Of a DNA stretch of 64,000 nucleotides, positions 8,615 to 18,204 are shown piece after piece. The DNA is taken from positions 37,129 through 101,128 of the forward strand of contig CALQYT010000002.1 in NCBI GenBank assembly GCA_943348815.1, in the 5' to 3' direction. Within the stretch, counting starts at the first letter, position 1. Each line of letters starts with the position of its first letter. Below the pieces are notes generated by a model. The model ran no database searches and was not told the DNA's origin. It saw only the letters and a list, made by a program, of their open reading frames with translations. This DNA comes from Candidatus Nomurabacteria bacterium (GTDB taxonomy: Bacteria; Patescibacteriota; Minisyncoccia; Phycocordibacterales; SBAW01). The translations under genes and the position numbers were made by a program.

Positions 8615-9859
8615 ATGTACGACCTCATAGTTATTGGCGGTGGTGCATCGGGGCTCATGGCGGCAGGGCGCGCGGCCGAGCTGGGAGCGCGCGTATTGGT
8701 GCTCGAAAAAAATAAACGCGTCGGCGAAAAGTTGCGTATATCGGGTGGCGGGCGGTGCAATATTACTAACGCCGAGCCCGACCCGCGGGTGCTGCTTCGT
8801 GCCTACGGCAAAGCCGAGCAATTTTTGTATTCGCTCTTTGCACAATTTGGCGTCAAAGATACGTTTACTTTTTTTGAGTCGCGCGGTTTGCCATTGGTGG
8901 TGCAAGCTAGGCAGCGCGCCTTCCCCAAAAGCGAAAAGGCTGCCGATGTGGTCAATACCTTGCTCGCGTACACGAAGAAGGGGAATGTAACTATCAAAAC
9001 CAGTGCGGCCGTAACACGGGTACATTCGGGCCCCAGCGGCATCGAGGGTGTGTCGGTGGGTGCCGAAACCTATCAGGCCAAAAACTATTTGTTTGCAACC
9101 GGCAGTGTCTCGCACCCGGAGACCGGTTCGAGTGGCGACGGCTTTGCCTGGCTGCGTACGCTTGGCCACACGGTGCGCAAGCCAACGCCAACGATAGTGC
9201 CGCTGTCGGTTAAAGAGGAGTGGGTCAAGCGGCTTGCGGGCGTGTCGATGGCGGGGATGAAAATAACTTTTTTTGTTGAGGGGGTAAAAGCGTTTGCCGA
9301 GAGCGGCAAAGTATTATTTACGCACTTTGGGGTTTCGGGCCCACTCATTTTAAATAGTGCACACAAAGTTGCCGATCTTTTGCACGATGGGGCCGTGACG
9401 GCAACTATCGATGCGTACCCCAAAGTTGATTTGGGTGCTCTTGAAAAAAAGATACTCGCTACGTTTGATGCCAATAAAAATAAAACACTGAAAAATGTGC
9501 TCAAAGAGTTTATCCCCGAGGGTACGACCGCCGGGATTGCCCATTTGGTCGGTGCCGAGATAGATATAAATAAAAAAGTACACTTGGTAAGCAAAGAGGA
9601 GCGTAAACGCCTGGCCTCTTTGCTCAAAGCGCTCCCACTTACGATTAATGGGCTTATGGGCTTTGACCGCGCGGTGGTTGCCGATGGTGGCGTGCCACTA
9701 AGCGAAGTGGACATGCGCACCATGCAGTCAAAAAAAATCCCCAACTTATATCTCACCGGTGACCTCCTCGACATAAACCGCCCCTCAGGCGGCTACTCAC
9801 TGCAGCTGTGCTGGTCATCGGGTTTTGTCGCAGGGACGCATAGTGCAAAGCAAAATTGA
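8615..9859 (+). CDS. HI0933/BaiN-family FAD-dependent flavoprotein
   Basis: Contains 'MYDLIVIGGGASGLMAAGRAAELG' (Rossmann fold) followed by 'RISGGGRCNITN'. Confidence 0.8.
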   Translation: MYDLIVIGGGASGLMAAGRAAELGARVLVLEKNKRVGEKLRISGGGRCNITNAEPDPRVLLRAYGKAEQFLYSLFAQFGVKDTFTFFESRGLPLVVQARQRAFPKSEKAADVVNTLLAYTKKGNVTIKTSAAVTRVHSGPSGIEGVSVGAETYQAKNYLFATGSVSHPETGSSGDGFAWLRTLGHTVRKPTPTIVPLSVKEEWVKRLAGVSMAGMKITFFVEGVKAFAESGKVLFTHFGVSGPLILNSAHKVADLLHDGAVTATIDAYPKVDLGALEKKILATFDANKNKTLKNVLKEFIPEGTTAGIAHLVGAEIDINKKVHLVSKEERKRLASLLKALPLTINGLMGFDRAVVADGGVPLSEVDMRTMQSKKIPNLYLTGDLLDINRPSGGYSLQLCWSSGFVAGTHSAKQN

Positions 9860-9867
9860 GATAAACA

Positions 9868-9898
9868 AAAAACCGGATGCATTTTAGCGCTTCCGGTT
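9868..9898 (+). terminator. Hairpin terminator after the flavoprotein gene
   Basis: AACCGGA...TCCGGTT stem immediately after the stop codon. Only a weak U-tract follows. Confidence 0.4.
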
Positions 9899-10150
9899 GA
9901 ATTTATTGAACACAGTCGGGCATCATCGCAACATAATTTTCCTTCTTACCGTCGAGGATGATCAGGCCCTGTTTGCTGGAACGGGGAGGGAATCCGACTC
10001 GCGTCTCACCAAAATCCGCAGCAGCAACGGCGCCTCGGCGGTGTGATGGGAAGCATGTATCCTCCTGCCGCATATTGCGGCTCTAGCAGAGACTCACCAG
10101 GGTCGAATATAGCACAAAACAAATGGCTGTTTTGTACGTCCGGGAGTATT

Positions 10151-10178
10151 AAAAAGAGCACCCCCGAAAAGGTGCTCT
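10151..10178 (-). terminator. Rho-independent terminator for the minus-strand gene ending at 10183
   Basis: Read on the minus strand, GAGCACC-loop-GGTGCTC is followed by TTTTT. Confidence 0.6.
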
Positions 10179-10182
10179 GAAG

Positions 10183-10695
10183 CTAGCGCGGCTCTACGAT
10201 GATGCGGATCATTCCTTCGTCTAGATCGCGCTCAAGCATTGCCCGCATCCACCTCTCGAAGCCGGTGTTGTACTCCCGGCGGCGACCGGCCACCATGAGA
10301 CAGCCATAGGTTGCGGCTGCACCAAAGTGGATTTGGATATTCTGTCGCGGGGTTTCGCTCGCACCGATGATGGTGTAATCGTTTCCGCATTTCTCTTCGT
10401 ACAGCTGGATGCGGAAGCCGACCGGTCCATCTTCGCGTATCCTGCCAAAGTAGGGTAGATCTCCACTCGCCGGGCACTCTCCCTTCTCGCCAAATGGGTT
10501 CTCCGGCATTATTTCGCGGAAGGCGTGGTCCGAAGAGTCCCGCACCACCGCAAAGTTGAAACGCTCGCCACTGGGCAGAAGTTGAGCGAAGGCGGCGTAG
10601 GTGCGGACAAACTTGCGTCTACCTTGCTTGCGGGGCAGCTCATAGAGAAGGGCTTTTCTCATAGTGAGCTTACGGGTGATGTTTATCACAATCAC
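10183..10695 (-). CDS. Hypothetical protein (possible L,D-transpeptidase-like fold)
   Basis: 170 aa. Contains 'IQIHFGAAATYGCLMV', a His...Gly-Cys arrangement reminiscent of YkuD/Tlde1. Not a confident match. Confidence 0.4.
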   Translation of the reverse strand: MIVINITRKLTMRKALLYELPRKQGRRKFVRTYAAFAQLLPSGERFNFAVVRDSSDHAFREIMPENPFGEKGECPASGDLPYFGRIREDGPVGFRIQLYEEKCGNDYTIIGASETPRQNIQIHFGAAATYGCLMVAGRRREYNTGFERWMRAMLERDLDEGMIRIIVEPR

Positions 10696-10779
10696 GGGTC
10701 GCTCCCTGGCTGGAGTGTTGAAGAGCTAGTTACTTCGTCACCACTGTATACGAAATAGGTACTTTGGTATACTGTCTCT

Positions 10780-11127
10780 ATGAAAAAATTTGTGGTTATC
10801 TATCGCGTGCCGGCCGAGACCATGCAGGAGTGGAAGAGCAAGACCCCGCCCGAGGAGATGAAAAAGCAGGGCGAAGAGTTGGGAGTCAAGATGATGGCCT
10901 GGACGAAGAAGAACGAGAAGTCGTTTGTTGGCCAAGGTCTGCCGCTTGGCAAAAACACTCGGGTCACGAGCGCGGGTGCACAAGCGGTGACCAACGATCT
11001 TAACTATATGTGTGTAGTCGAGGCAGAGTCGGCCGATGCGGTAGTGGCGATGTTTAAAGATAACCCGCACTTCGATATACCAACCTCTTACGTCGATATT
11101 ATGGAAGTCCCACACATGGGGATGTAG
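10780..11127 (+). CDS. Hypothetical small protein
   Basis: 115-aa ORF with a consensus-like -10/-35 and an RBS upstream. No motif recognised. Confidence 0.4.
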   Translation: MKKFVVIYRVPAETMQEWKSKTPPEEMKKQGEELGVKMMAWTKKNEKSFVGQGLPLGKNTRVTSAGAQAVTNDLNYMCVVEAESADAVVAMFKDNPHFDIPTSYVDIMEVPHMGM

Positions 11128-11129
11128 GC

Positions 11130-11546
11130 ATGAAAATAATGATTATTGGGAGCATGCGGTTTGCTAAAGAAATGCTCGAGACAAAAGAAAAACTCGAGCA
11201 ACTAGGGCATACGGCCGAAGTTCCGTGTGATACCGATTTGCACGTGCAAGATCCAAATTTGCGCAACGATTTTGAGCGCGACGCCGCCCATGTCAAAGAA
11301 AATAACATTATGCACCGTTGTTTTGAGTTGGTGGCTGAGAGCGATGCGGTGTTGGTACTCAACCACAAACATAATAACGTTGATGGGTATGTTGGCGCTT
11401 CAGCACTTATGGAGGCAGGACTCGCGGCCTACTTGGGCAAGAAACTGTTTTTACTCAACCCAATCGCTTCTACCGAGCGATACCGCCATGAGTTCGATGT
11501 GTTAGGGGGCGTATGTATCAACGGTGATCTGATCAAAATTGCTTAA
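11130..11546 (+). CDS. Nucleoside 2-deoxyribosyltransferase-like protein
   Basis: 'MKIMIIGSMRFA' at the start and 'DAVLVLNHKHNNVDGYVGASALMEAGLAAYLGKKLFLL' resemble the NDT/PF05014 fold pattern. Confidence 0.45.
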   Translation: MKIMIIGSMRFAKEMLETKEKLEQLGHTAEVPCDTDLHVQDPNLRNDFERDAAHVKENNIMHRCFELVAESDAVLVLNHKHNNVDGYVGASALMEAGLAAYLGKKLFLLNPIASTERYRHEFDVLGGVCINGDLIKIA

Positions 11547-12282
11547 TATGAAACAAAAAAAGATTTTTATTTATGGCAAACACGCGGTGAGCGAAGCCTT
11601 GCGGCATGCACCACAGTTGCTGCGCACCGTGTACCTATCGCCTTTGATGAAAGACAAAGAGATTTTGTCGCTCATTAATCGTGCAAATATAAAAACCGAA
11701 AAGCTCGACCCCCGCAAAGCAACCTCGCAGGTGGAGGGCAACGCGCCGCACCAGGGGATTATTGCGCTCATGTCGGTGTTTGGATTGGCGCTCCCGTTTG
11801 AGGATTTTATAAAAGACTTCAATCCTGCCGGCTCGCTGCTTGTCTACTTAGACGGAATACAAGACCCACACAATGTTGGTGCGATTATCCGCGCCGCAGC
11901 AGCCTTTGGTGCCAGCGGGGTACTCTTGCCCGGGCATGGCCAGTCGCCGATAACCGCCGCCGTGATAAAAGCTTCTGCGGGTGCGGTGTTTAGCGTCCCG
12001 CTTGTTAGCGTCACTAACACACAGCAAACACTCGCCGAATTGCGCCGCAAAGGAGTTGCAGTATACGGTCTTGCGGGAGGGGGCTCGAGCATTGTTAAAG
12101 AAGAATTTACAAAACCAACGTTGTTTATTTTGGGTAATGAATCCACCGGCATTTCACCTGCAGCGCGCGCGGTGTGCGACAAAATGTTGGAGATTCCTAT
12201 TTCTAAAAAAGTAGAGTCACTCAATGTGGCAAGTGCCGCCACCGCGGCGCTCTATGCCTGGAGCAGCAAAAACTCCTCTTAA
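11539..12282 (+). CDS. rlmB: 23S rRNA 2'-O-ribose methyltransferase, SpoU/TrmH family (RlmB-like)
   Basis: Contains 'GIQDPHNVGAIIRAAAAFGASGVLLP', the SPOUT motif. Length 247 aa. Confidence 0.8.
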   Translation: MLNMKQKKIFIYGKHAVSEALRHAPQLLRTVYLSPLMKDKEILSLINRANIKTEKLDPRKATSQVEGNAPHQGIIALMSVFGLALPFEDFIKDFNPAGSLLVYLDGIQDPHNVGAIIRAAAAFGASGVLLPGHGQSPITAAVIKASAGAVFSVPLVSVTNTQQTLAELRRKGVAVYGLAGGGSSIVKEEFTKPTLFILGNESTGISPAARAVCDKMLEIPISKKVESLNVASAATAALYAWSSKNSS

Positions 12283-12349
12283 TGCTGAGTTCAGGCTCAT
12301 CTGTTAGCCTAAATCTCGGTCGAGCATTATCCAAATATCACTGAGATAT

Positions 12350-12484
12350 ATGGACTACAACAACGACAAAGATAAGAAGAAAGACGCTCAGGGCACGACT
12401 CAAGTAGAGGAGAAAGTTGAAAAAAAGGAAGATGGTGAGAAAACACAGCACGATAAAGCAGCCGACAAAATAGGTAAGTTCTAG
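12350..12484 (+). CDS. Tiny highly charged ORF (44 aa). Absent from the ORF track.
   Basis: 'MDYNNDKDKKKDAQGTTQVEEKVEKKEDGEKTQHDKAADKIGKF' is followed by a hairpin (AACGGCCC...GGGGCCGTT). Confidence 0.25.
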   Translation: MDYNNDKDKKKDAQGTTQVEEKVEKKEDGEKTQHDKAADKIGKF

Positions 12485-12559
12485 CGAACCGCAAACGGCC
12501 CTGTCTTCCGGGGCCGTTATGCGCTCAGAGTGTAGTATTATCACTTAACCAAAATTTTT

Positions 12560-12712
12560 ATGTTAGTAACCATCGCGGCAGTATTGGTAGTTCTTTGGCT
12601 GTTGGGGCTCGTTACGTCCTACACCATCGGTGGTTTTATCCACATCCTCCTGGTCGTGGCCATCATTATGGTGTTGGTGCGGCTCATCCAGGGTAGAAAC
12701 CCCATAGCGTAA
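12560..12712 (+). CDS. lmo0937-family micro-membrane protein (50 aa). Absent from the ORF track.
   Basis: 'MLVTIAAVLVVLWLLGLVTSYTIGGFIHILLVVAIIMVLVRLIQGR' matches the lmo0937 family pattern. Confidence 0.55.
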   Translation: MLVTIAAVLVVLWLLGLVTSYTIGGFIHILLVVAIIMVLVRLIQGRNPIA

Positions 12713-12731
12713 CGAGAGTTATAGTGAGTGC

Positions 12732-13337
12732 ATGAAAGTATTTTGGTTGTGGCTCTACGCAGCAGTGCCCATTACGGCCTTGTGTGTGGGTATTTACTGC
12801 GCCGGGCAGCAAATGTACCGGCAGTTGGCTAACGACCCGCAGATTCAACTTGCCGAAGACGGCGCGGCGCGTCTCAATGGCGGCGAGATGCCAGCGGCAT
12901 TAGTGGAGCGGGGGGTACCACCGATAGATATTGGCAGCAGCCTTTCGCCATGGATTGCGGTGTATGACTCAGCAGGCACGGTGCTTGAGGCTTCGGCAGT
13001 GTTCGATAACGCGCCACCCAAACTTCCTGCGGGCGTGTTTGATACCACCAACGCTTCGGCGCAGGTTGATGACCCTATTTGGATTAAGGGTGAATACAAA
13101 GTCACTTGGCAGCCGCGCGCGGATGTTCGGCAAGCCGTGGTAGTTGTGCAAACAAAAGATAAAAAATATTTTGTAGCGGCGGGTCGGAGTTTGCGGTTGA
13201 GCGAGGAGCGCACCCAGTTGCTTGGCGGAAGTATGATTTTTGGTTGGTTTGTCACGCTTGTTGGACTTTTGGTTGTATTATTAGGGTATGGCTACGTTAG
13301 CGGAAGAACTCAAAAAGATACTCAAGGGCGAGGTTGA
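12732..13337 (+). CDS. Hypothetical membrane-anchored protein
   Basis: N-terminal and C-terminal hydrophobic helices. 201 aa. Confidence 0.4.
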   Translation: MKVFWLWLYAAVPITALCVGIYCAGQQMYRQLANDPQIQLAEDGAARLNGGEMPAALVERGVPPIDIGSSLSPWIAVYDSAGTVLEASAVFDNAPPKLPAGVFDTTNASAQVDDPIWIKGEYKVTWQPRADVRQAVVVVQTKDKKYFVAAGRSLRLSEERTQLLGGSMIFGWFVTLVGLLVVLLGYGYVSGRTQKDTQGRG

Positions 13338-14982
13338 GGATAGTGTGGAGGCACGCGAGAAGGTAAGTCGGGATGCGAGCCTCTTTAAGGTGCTCCCCGA
13401 GGTGGTCGTGCGGCCTATTGACGCGCAAGATGTCTGCAAAGTAGTGCAGTTTGTCACCGAGCAAAAAACCAAAAGCCCAAAATCCACTATTTCGCTCACG
13501 GCACGCTCGGCGGGGACCGACATGTCGGGTGGGCCGCTTAACGACTCGATTATTTTGGATATGACGGCACACCTCAACAAGCTTGTTGAGATGGTGGAGT
13601 AAGACGCGGTGGTGGAACCGGGGATGTATTTTAGAGATTTTGATAAAGAAACGAAGAAAAAAAACTTAGAGTTGCCGAGCTACACCGCAAGCAGGGAGCT
13701 AAACACGGTGGGTGGGATGGCCGCCAACAACTCGGGTGGCGAAAAAAACTTAAAATACGGTAAGACTGCGCGCTACGTTGAGGGGCTTGAGGTGGTTTTG
13801 AGCGATGGGCAGGTACATACTTTGGTGTCACTTGAGGGCGAGGTGTTACAGAAAAAACTACAGGAGCAAAGTTTTGAGGGAGAGTTATACCGAAAAGTTG
13901 CCGCGCTGGTGGGGACTCCGGCACATGCCAAAGTGATCGAAAAAAATAAACCCCAAGTAGAAAAAAATTCTTCGGGCTATGCGGTATGGGATATTGGGGA
14001 TGGAAAAACTAAACTAAACCTCGCGCGGCTTATGGTGGGGGCGCAAGGCACACTCGGCATAATCACCAAAATACATTTTAAGTTGGTGCATCCCAAGCCC
14101 TACGCTTCGATGGCGGTGATTTTTGTTAAAAATCTTTCACAACTCGGCGAGCTGGTGCCTGAGGTGTTGAAGTATCAGCCCGACTCATTTGAGTCGTATG
14201 ACGACCACACCTTTAGTATTGCGATGAAGTACTTACCCGAGCTCGCAACGCAGATGAAGTCGGGGCTCTTGTCGCTCGGTATCTCATTTTTGCCGGAGTT
14301 ATGGATGGCCCTTACTGGTGGCATCCCTAAGCTCGTACTTATTGTCGAATTTAGGGGCGACACTCAGGCCGAGGCTCTGCAAAAGGCCCAAAAACTTGCG
14401 GGAGAGGTGGCTCATAATAAAGACCACGTGTCGGTCCGGGTGGCTAAAACCGAGGCACAGGCGCGCAAATATTGGGCCGTACGTCGTGAGAGCTTTAATT
14501 TGTTGCGCAAAAAGGTGCGGGGCAAGCGTACCGCGCCGTTTATCGACGATTTTGTGGTGCCGCCGCACACCCTGCCGGAGTTTTTGCCCAAATTGCAAAA
14601 AGTTATGGCAGAGTACCCCAGCCTCACCTACACGATTGCGGGCCATGTGGGGGACGGCAACTTTCACATTATCCCCTTGGTCGACCCCAACGATCCAACC
14701 ATCCGCACTACGATCGACGAGTTGAGCCACAAAGTGTATGACTTAGTGGTGCAATACCACGGCTCAATCAGTGGCGAGCATAACGATGGTCTTATCCGCA
14801 CGCCGTATGTCGAAAAGATGTTTGGCCCCGAAATGTACGGATTGTTTATGGAAGTAAAAAAGATCTTTGATCCGCAAAATATCTTTAATCCGGGTAAAAA
14901 AGTCGGTACGACTTTTAGCGATGCGCTCGCAAAGTTGGATTTACCGCCGCAACCTTCAGTCAAAACTCAGCAAGGCAAATGA
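13288..14982 (+). pseudogene. FAD-linked oxidase (GlcD/D-lactate dehydrogenase family) interrupted by an in-frame TAA at 13600-13602
   Basis: The two ORFs 13288-13602 and 13609-14982 are in the same frame. Read across the stop the sequence is '...LNKLVEMVE*DAVVEPGMYF...'. This is the conserved V-x-V-E-P-G-V stretch of the FAD-binding PCMH domain. The C-terminal part carries 'GGMAANNSGGEKNLKYG'. Confidence 0.6.
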
Positions 14983-14994
14983 TATAGTAGTGCA

Positions 14995-15639
14995 ATGAAG
15001 ATAACGAAGTTGGGGCACTGCGCGATGATTGTAGAGCACGAGGGGGTGCGGCTGCTTACCGACCCGGGTAGCTTTACCGCTGACGCGCAAGATAAGCTTA
15101 CTGGCCTGCACGGTGTTTTAATTACGCACGAGCATCAAGACCATCTGCATATCGACTCGCTCAAACAAATAATCGCCAACAATCCGACGGCGATTATTGT
15201 CGGCAACAGCGCGGTGGCAAAGTTGGTGGAAGAAGCTATTGCCGATACGGTGGTAACGGTAGTGGGGGATGGCCAACAAACTGAGGTAAACGGGGTGGTG
15301 ATTGAAGGTTTTGGGAAAAATCATGAACCAATTTATGGCACGATGGGGTTGGTAGAAAACACGAGTTATTTTGTGGGCGACCAATTTTATTTCCCGGGCG
15401 ACGCCTTCAACAATCCGGGCAAAAAAGTTGACGTATTGGCGCTCCCCGTTGCAGGTCCGTGGATGAAGATGTCGCAATGCATTGATTATGCTAAAGAAAT
15501 GCAGGCTAAGCGTGCGTTTGGCGTGCACGACGGCATGATACAGCCGTTCTTCCGCGGATTTGTTTATAAGGCGCTACAAATGTTTGTCCCGGGCACCGAA
15601 TTTATCGAAATCAAAGACGGCGAGTCTAAGGAGTTTTAA
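14995..15639 (+). CDS. MBL-fold metallo-hydrolase
   Basis: Contains the 'ITHEHQDH' metal-binding motif. Confidence 0.75.
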   Translation: MKITKLGHCAMIVEHEGVRLLTDPGSFTADAQDKLTGLHGVLITHEHQDHLHIDSLKQIIANNPTAIIVGNSAVAKLVEEAIADTVVTVVGDGQQTEVNGVVIEGFGKNHEPIYGTMGLVENTSYFVGDQFYFPGDAFNNPGKKVDVLALPVAGPWMKMSQCIDYAKEMQAKRAFGVHDGMIQPFFRGFVYKALQMFVPGTEFIEIKDGESKEF

Positions 15640-16697
15640 GCGGCCTCGCGCTCCTGGAAGCGGAAGGTCACGGTGGCGAGGGTAATAAGGATTACTCCCC
15701 ACACCGCCATGCCCAAAAGGTCGGGCCACAGCGTGGCGAGACCAGCGCCTTTGGTCATAATCTCGCGGAGCGAATCGGCAAAATAGGTGAGCGGCAGGAG
15801 TTTGGCTACAACCTGCAGCCAGCCCGGCATATTGGAGATCGCAAAGAAGGTCCCACCCAAGAACATCATCGGGAAGACAATAATGTTGGCAAACACGGGC
15901 ACGACATCGACCGTCTTAGCGAGCCCCGAGATAGTAAAGCCGAGCCCCAAAAACATCGAGGCACCGAGTATGACGCACAGCAGGAGTAGTGCGTACGAGC
16001 CAACGACGTGGATGTGAAAGAGCAATATGCCCATCACAATAAAGATGACTGCTTGCACGACGCTCACCATGAGCCGCGTAATGGCGTTGGCTGCGACAAA
16101 TTGGATTGGCTTCATCGGCGTGGCAAGCAAGCGTTTGAGCACGCCGTTTTGTTTGTACTGCGTAAACATAAACGAGACCGAGAATACCGACATTTGCATA
16201 ATCGAGAGCGCCAAGATGCCCGGCAGTAAGAATTCGATGTAGCGCAAGTTGTGGGCGTTTACTTCGTGACTCTCTACTTTAACGAGGGGAGTGACGTGTG
16301 CTGATTGTAGCGTGGCCGAAGAAATAAATTGATTGAGGATAGACACTACTGCCTGACTTTCGGGCTTGCTGGCATTAGTGTAGGCCACGATGCTACTACC
16401 GCTAAAATCCAACACCGCCGCGCGATTGCCTTGATTTAGCTGTTCTTGTTCGTCGGCCAGCGTTCCTTCGTGGATGGTGAGGTTGGGGAACTTTTTTATC
16501 TGCTCGGCTAGAGCAGCGGTTTGAGGCGTTGGTTTCTCAGACGACACACCCACATCAATAAGTTGCGGCCTATCAAACCCGATGTAGCCGAAGATGAGCA
16601 TAATAAACACCGGCATAACGAGGGTAAAGAAAAATGCTTGCCGGTTGCGCGTCAGCATCTTGATTGCGGCGATGGTGAGTTTGTAGGTGGTATACAT
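15636..16697 (-). CDS. ABC-2 type exporter permease
   Basis: Six TM helices. Overlaps and follows the ATPase gene. Confidence 0.7.
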   Translation of the reverse strand: MYTTYKLTIAAIKMLTRNRQAFFFTLVMPVFIMLIFGYIGFDRPQLIDVGVSSEKPTPQTAALAEQIKKFPNLTIHEGTLADEQEQLNQGNRAAVLDFSGSSIVAYTNASKPESQAVVSILNQFISSATLQSAHVTPLVKVESHEVNAHNLRYIEFLLPGILALSIMQMSVFSVSFMFTQYKQNGVLKRLLATPMKPIQFVAANAITRLMVSVVQAVIFIVMGILLFHIHVVGSYALLLLCVILGASMFLGLGFTISGLAKTVDVVPVFANIIVFPMMFLGGTFFAISNMPGWLQVVAKLLPLTYFADSLREIMTKGAGLATLWPDLLGMAVWGVILITLATVTFRFQEREAA

Positions 16698-16698
16698 A

Positions 16699-17454
16699 TT
16701 ATTCGCGCAGGGCGTGGCCGGTGGTTGCCAAAAATACATCCTCTAAATTTGCTTTTTGTTGCAGTACTGGTTTGCTAAAGCCTTTTGCAAGCAGTTGTTC
16801 GATCAGCATGCGGGGAGTATCAAGCGAAACAATCTTTCCGTGATCCATAATCGCGACGCGCTCGCAAAGTACCTCGGCCTCATCCATGTAGTGGGTGGTG
16901 AGCACCACCGTGGTGCCTTTTTTGCGTACCTGCAAAATGAGGTCCCACAAATTGTGCCGGGCTTGCGGGTCGAGCCCGGTAGTCGGTTCGTCCAAAAAGA
17001 GCACGCGCGGGTTGTTGACCATGCCTATCGCAATAGAGAGGCGCTGGCGTTGGCCGCCCGAAAGTTCTTTGGCTTGTGCCTTGGCTTTGTCGGTAAGTTG
17101 CACCTCCTCTAAAAGTTCCATAGGGTCGACGCGGCGGTTATACATCGCGCCAAAGGTGTCGAGTAGTTCGGTAAGGGTAAGCGCCTCAAAAAAGCTTGAC
17201 GATTGCAGCTGTACGCCAATAACTGCCTTAACCGCCTCGGTCTCGCGCTCCACATCCTTACCGTCGAGCATAATACTGCCGCTGCTGGGGCGTTTGAGCC
17301 CTTCGATCATCTCGAGGGTCGTGGTTTTGCCGGCACCGTTGGGGCCCAAGATGCCAAAAATTTCCCCCTCTTTTACGGAGAAAGAAATATGGTCAACCGC
17401 CAATAACTCGCCGTATTTTTTGGTGAGGTCTTTAACTTCGATGATATTGGGCAT
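16699..17454 (-). CDS. ABC transporter ATP-binding protein
   Basis: Walker A 'GPNGAGKTTT', signature 'LSGGQRQRL', Walker B 'LFLDEP'. Confidence 0.9.
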   Translation of the reverse strand: MPNIIEVKDLTKKYGELLAVDHISFSVKEGEIFGILGPNGAGKTTTLEMIEGLKRPSSGSIMLDGKDVERETEAVKAVIGVQLQSSSFFEALTLTELLDTFGAMYNRRVDPMELLEEVQLTDKAKAQAKELSGGQRQRLSIAIGMVNNPRVLFLDEPTTGLDPQARHNLWDLILQVRKKGTTVVLTTHYMDEAEVLCERVAIMDHGKIVSLDTPRMLIEQLLAKGFSKPVLQQKANLEDVFLATTGHALRE

Positions 17455-17528
17455 GAAGCATCCATTATACTCTTTTCTTCTCTATGTTTTAAGTGAATTA
17501 AAAAAGCGACGCTCGGGTGAGTGTCGCT

Positions 17529-18119
17529 CTATTCTGCTGCTACCGGAACCAGAGTTTCGATCTCCACCTTCGGTCGTGGGATCATCCCCCAATTCTCCCG
17601 GTGTAGTTCGAAGTCGAGAGGGGGATTTGAGGGTTTGTAGTTGATAGCAATCCGCACTGCCGCCGTGTTGTCAAGACGGTTTGCAGGGAAGTACGCCGAC
17701 AACATATCTTCCGAAGCCACCAGGAAGTAGGTTTCTCCATATCCGGCCACTGCCTGGTAGAAGCAGTGACCGACGGTGACCCCCAATACCTCCCGATGGG
17801 TTTTGCTATCCATGTAGAGGTGGTTTTTATTCCCCCAACTCGTGTGACTGTTGTACAGCAGATGGAAGAGCCAAAGGCCCCCGTCCACGGTAAATCCACG
17901 CAAATTGGTTTTTGGGCACCGCAGCCTGGTAGCTGCCAGCGACAAAACCTTAACCTTGAACCCAGCTTTCCTGCCCGCCTCCCAAACCTTTTCTATTTTT
18001 GGACAGGTGGGACGATCGATGATCGGTTCCTCACATCGCTCGACCCATGCACCGAAACCTGACGGTGCACCAAGAATGCCGGTAGTCATCTTTTTACCCC
18101 CTTTGTACGTACCCAGCAA
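17529..18119 (-). CDS. Hypothetical protein
   Basis: 196-aa ORF with no recognised motif. Confidence 0.35.
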   Translation of the reverse strand: MLGTYKGGKKMTTGILGAPSGFGAWVERCEEPIIDRPTCPKIEKVWEAGRKAGFKVKVLSLAATRLRCPKTNLRGFTVDGGLWLFHLLYNSHTSWGNKNHLYMDSKTHREVLGVTVGHCFYQAVAGYGETYFLVASEDMLSAYFPANRLDNTAAVRIAINYKPSNPPLDFELHRENWGMIPRPKVEIETLVPVAAE

Positions 18120-18204
18120 AGATACCTCCGTTTAAGCTTGGAAAGCAAGGTCAATTTTCCACCTTTTTATTTGTGTACCTTGTGTACGGGCAAAAGAGTA
18201 TAGT

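Noticed and set aside
9085-9774. 229-aa minus-strand ORF
   Set aside because: It is antisense to the HI0933-family flavoprotein gene, Ser/Ala-rich, and has no start context.
9900-10150. Possible ncRNA in the 250-nt spacer between convergent genes
   Set aside because: No recognisable conserved RNA motif (RNase P, SRP, tmRNA, riboswitch) could be identified by eye. Only flanking terminator hairpins are supported.
13600-13602. TAA recoding (alternative genetic code) as the explanation for the in-frame stop in the FAD oxidase
   Set aside because: TAA and TGA terminate many conserved genes in this window at their expected ends, so a reassigned stop is unlikely. A pseudogene or sequencing error is more parsimonious.
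16895-17644. 249-aa plus-strand ORF
   Set aside because: It is antisense to the ABC ATPase gene, which has perfect Walker/signature motifs on the minus strand.
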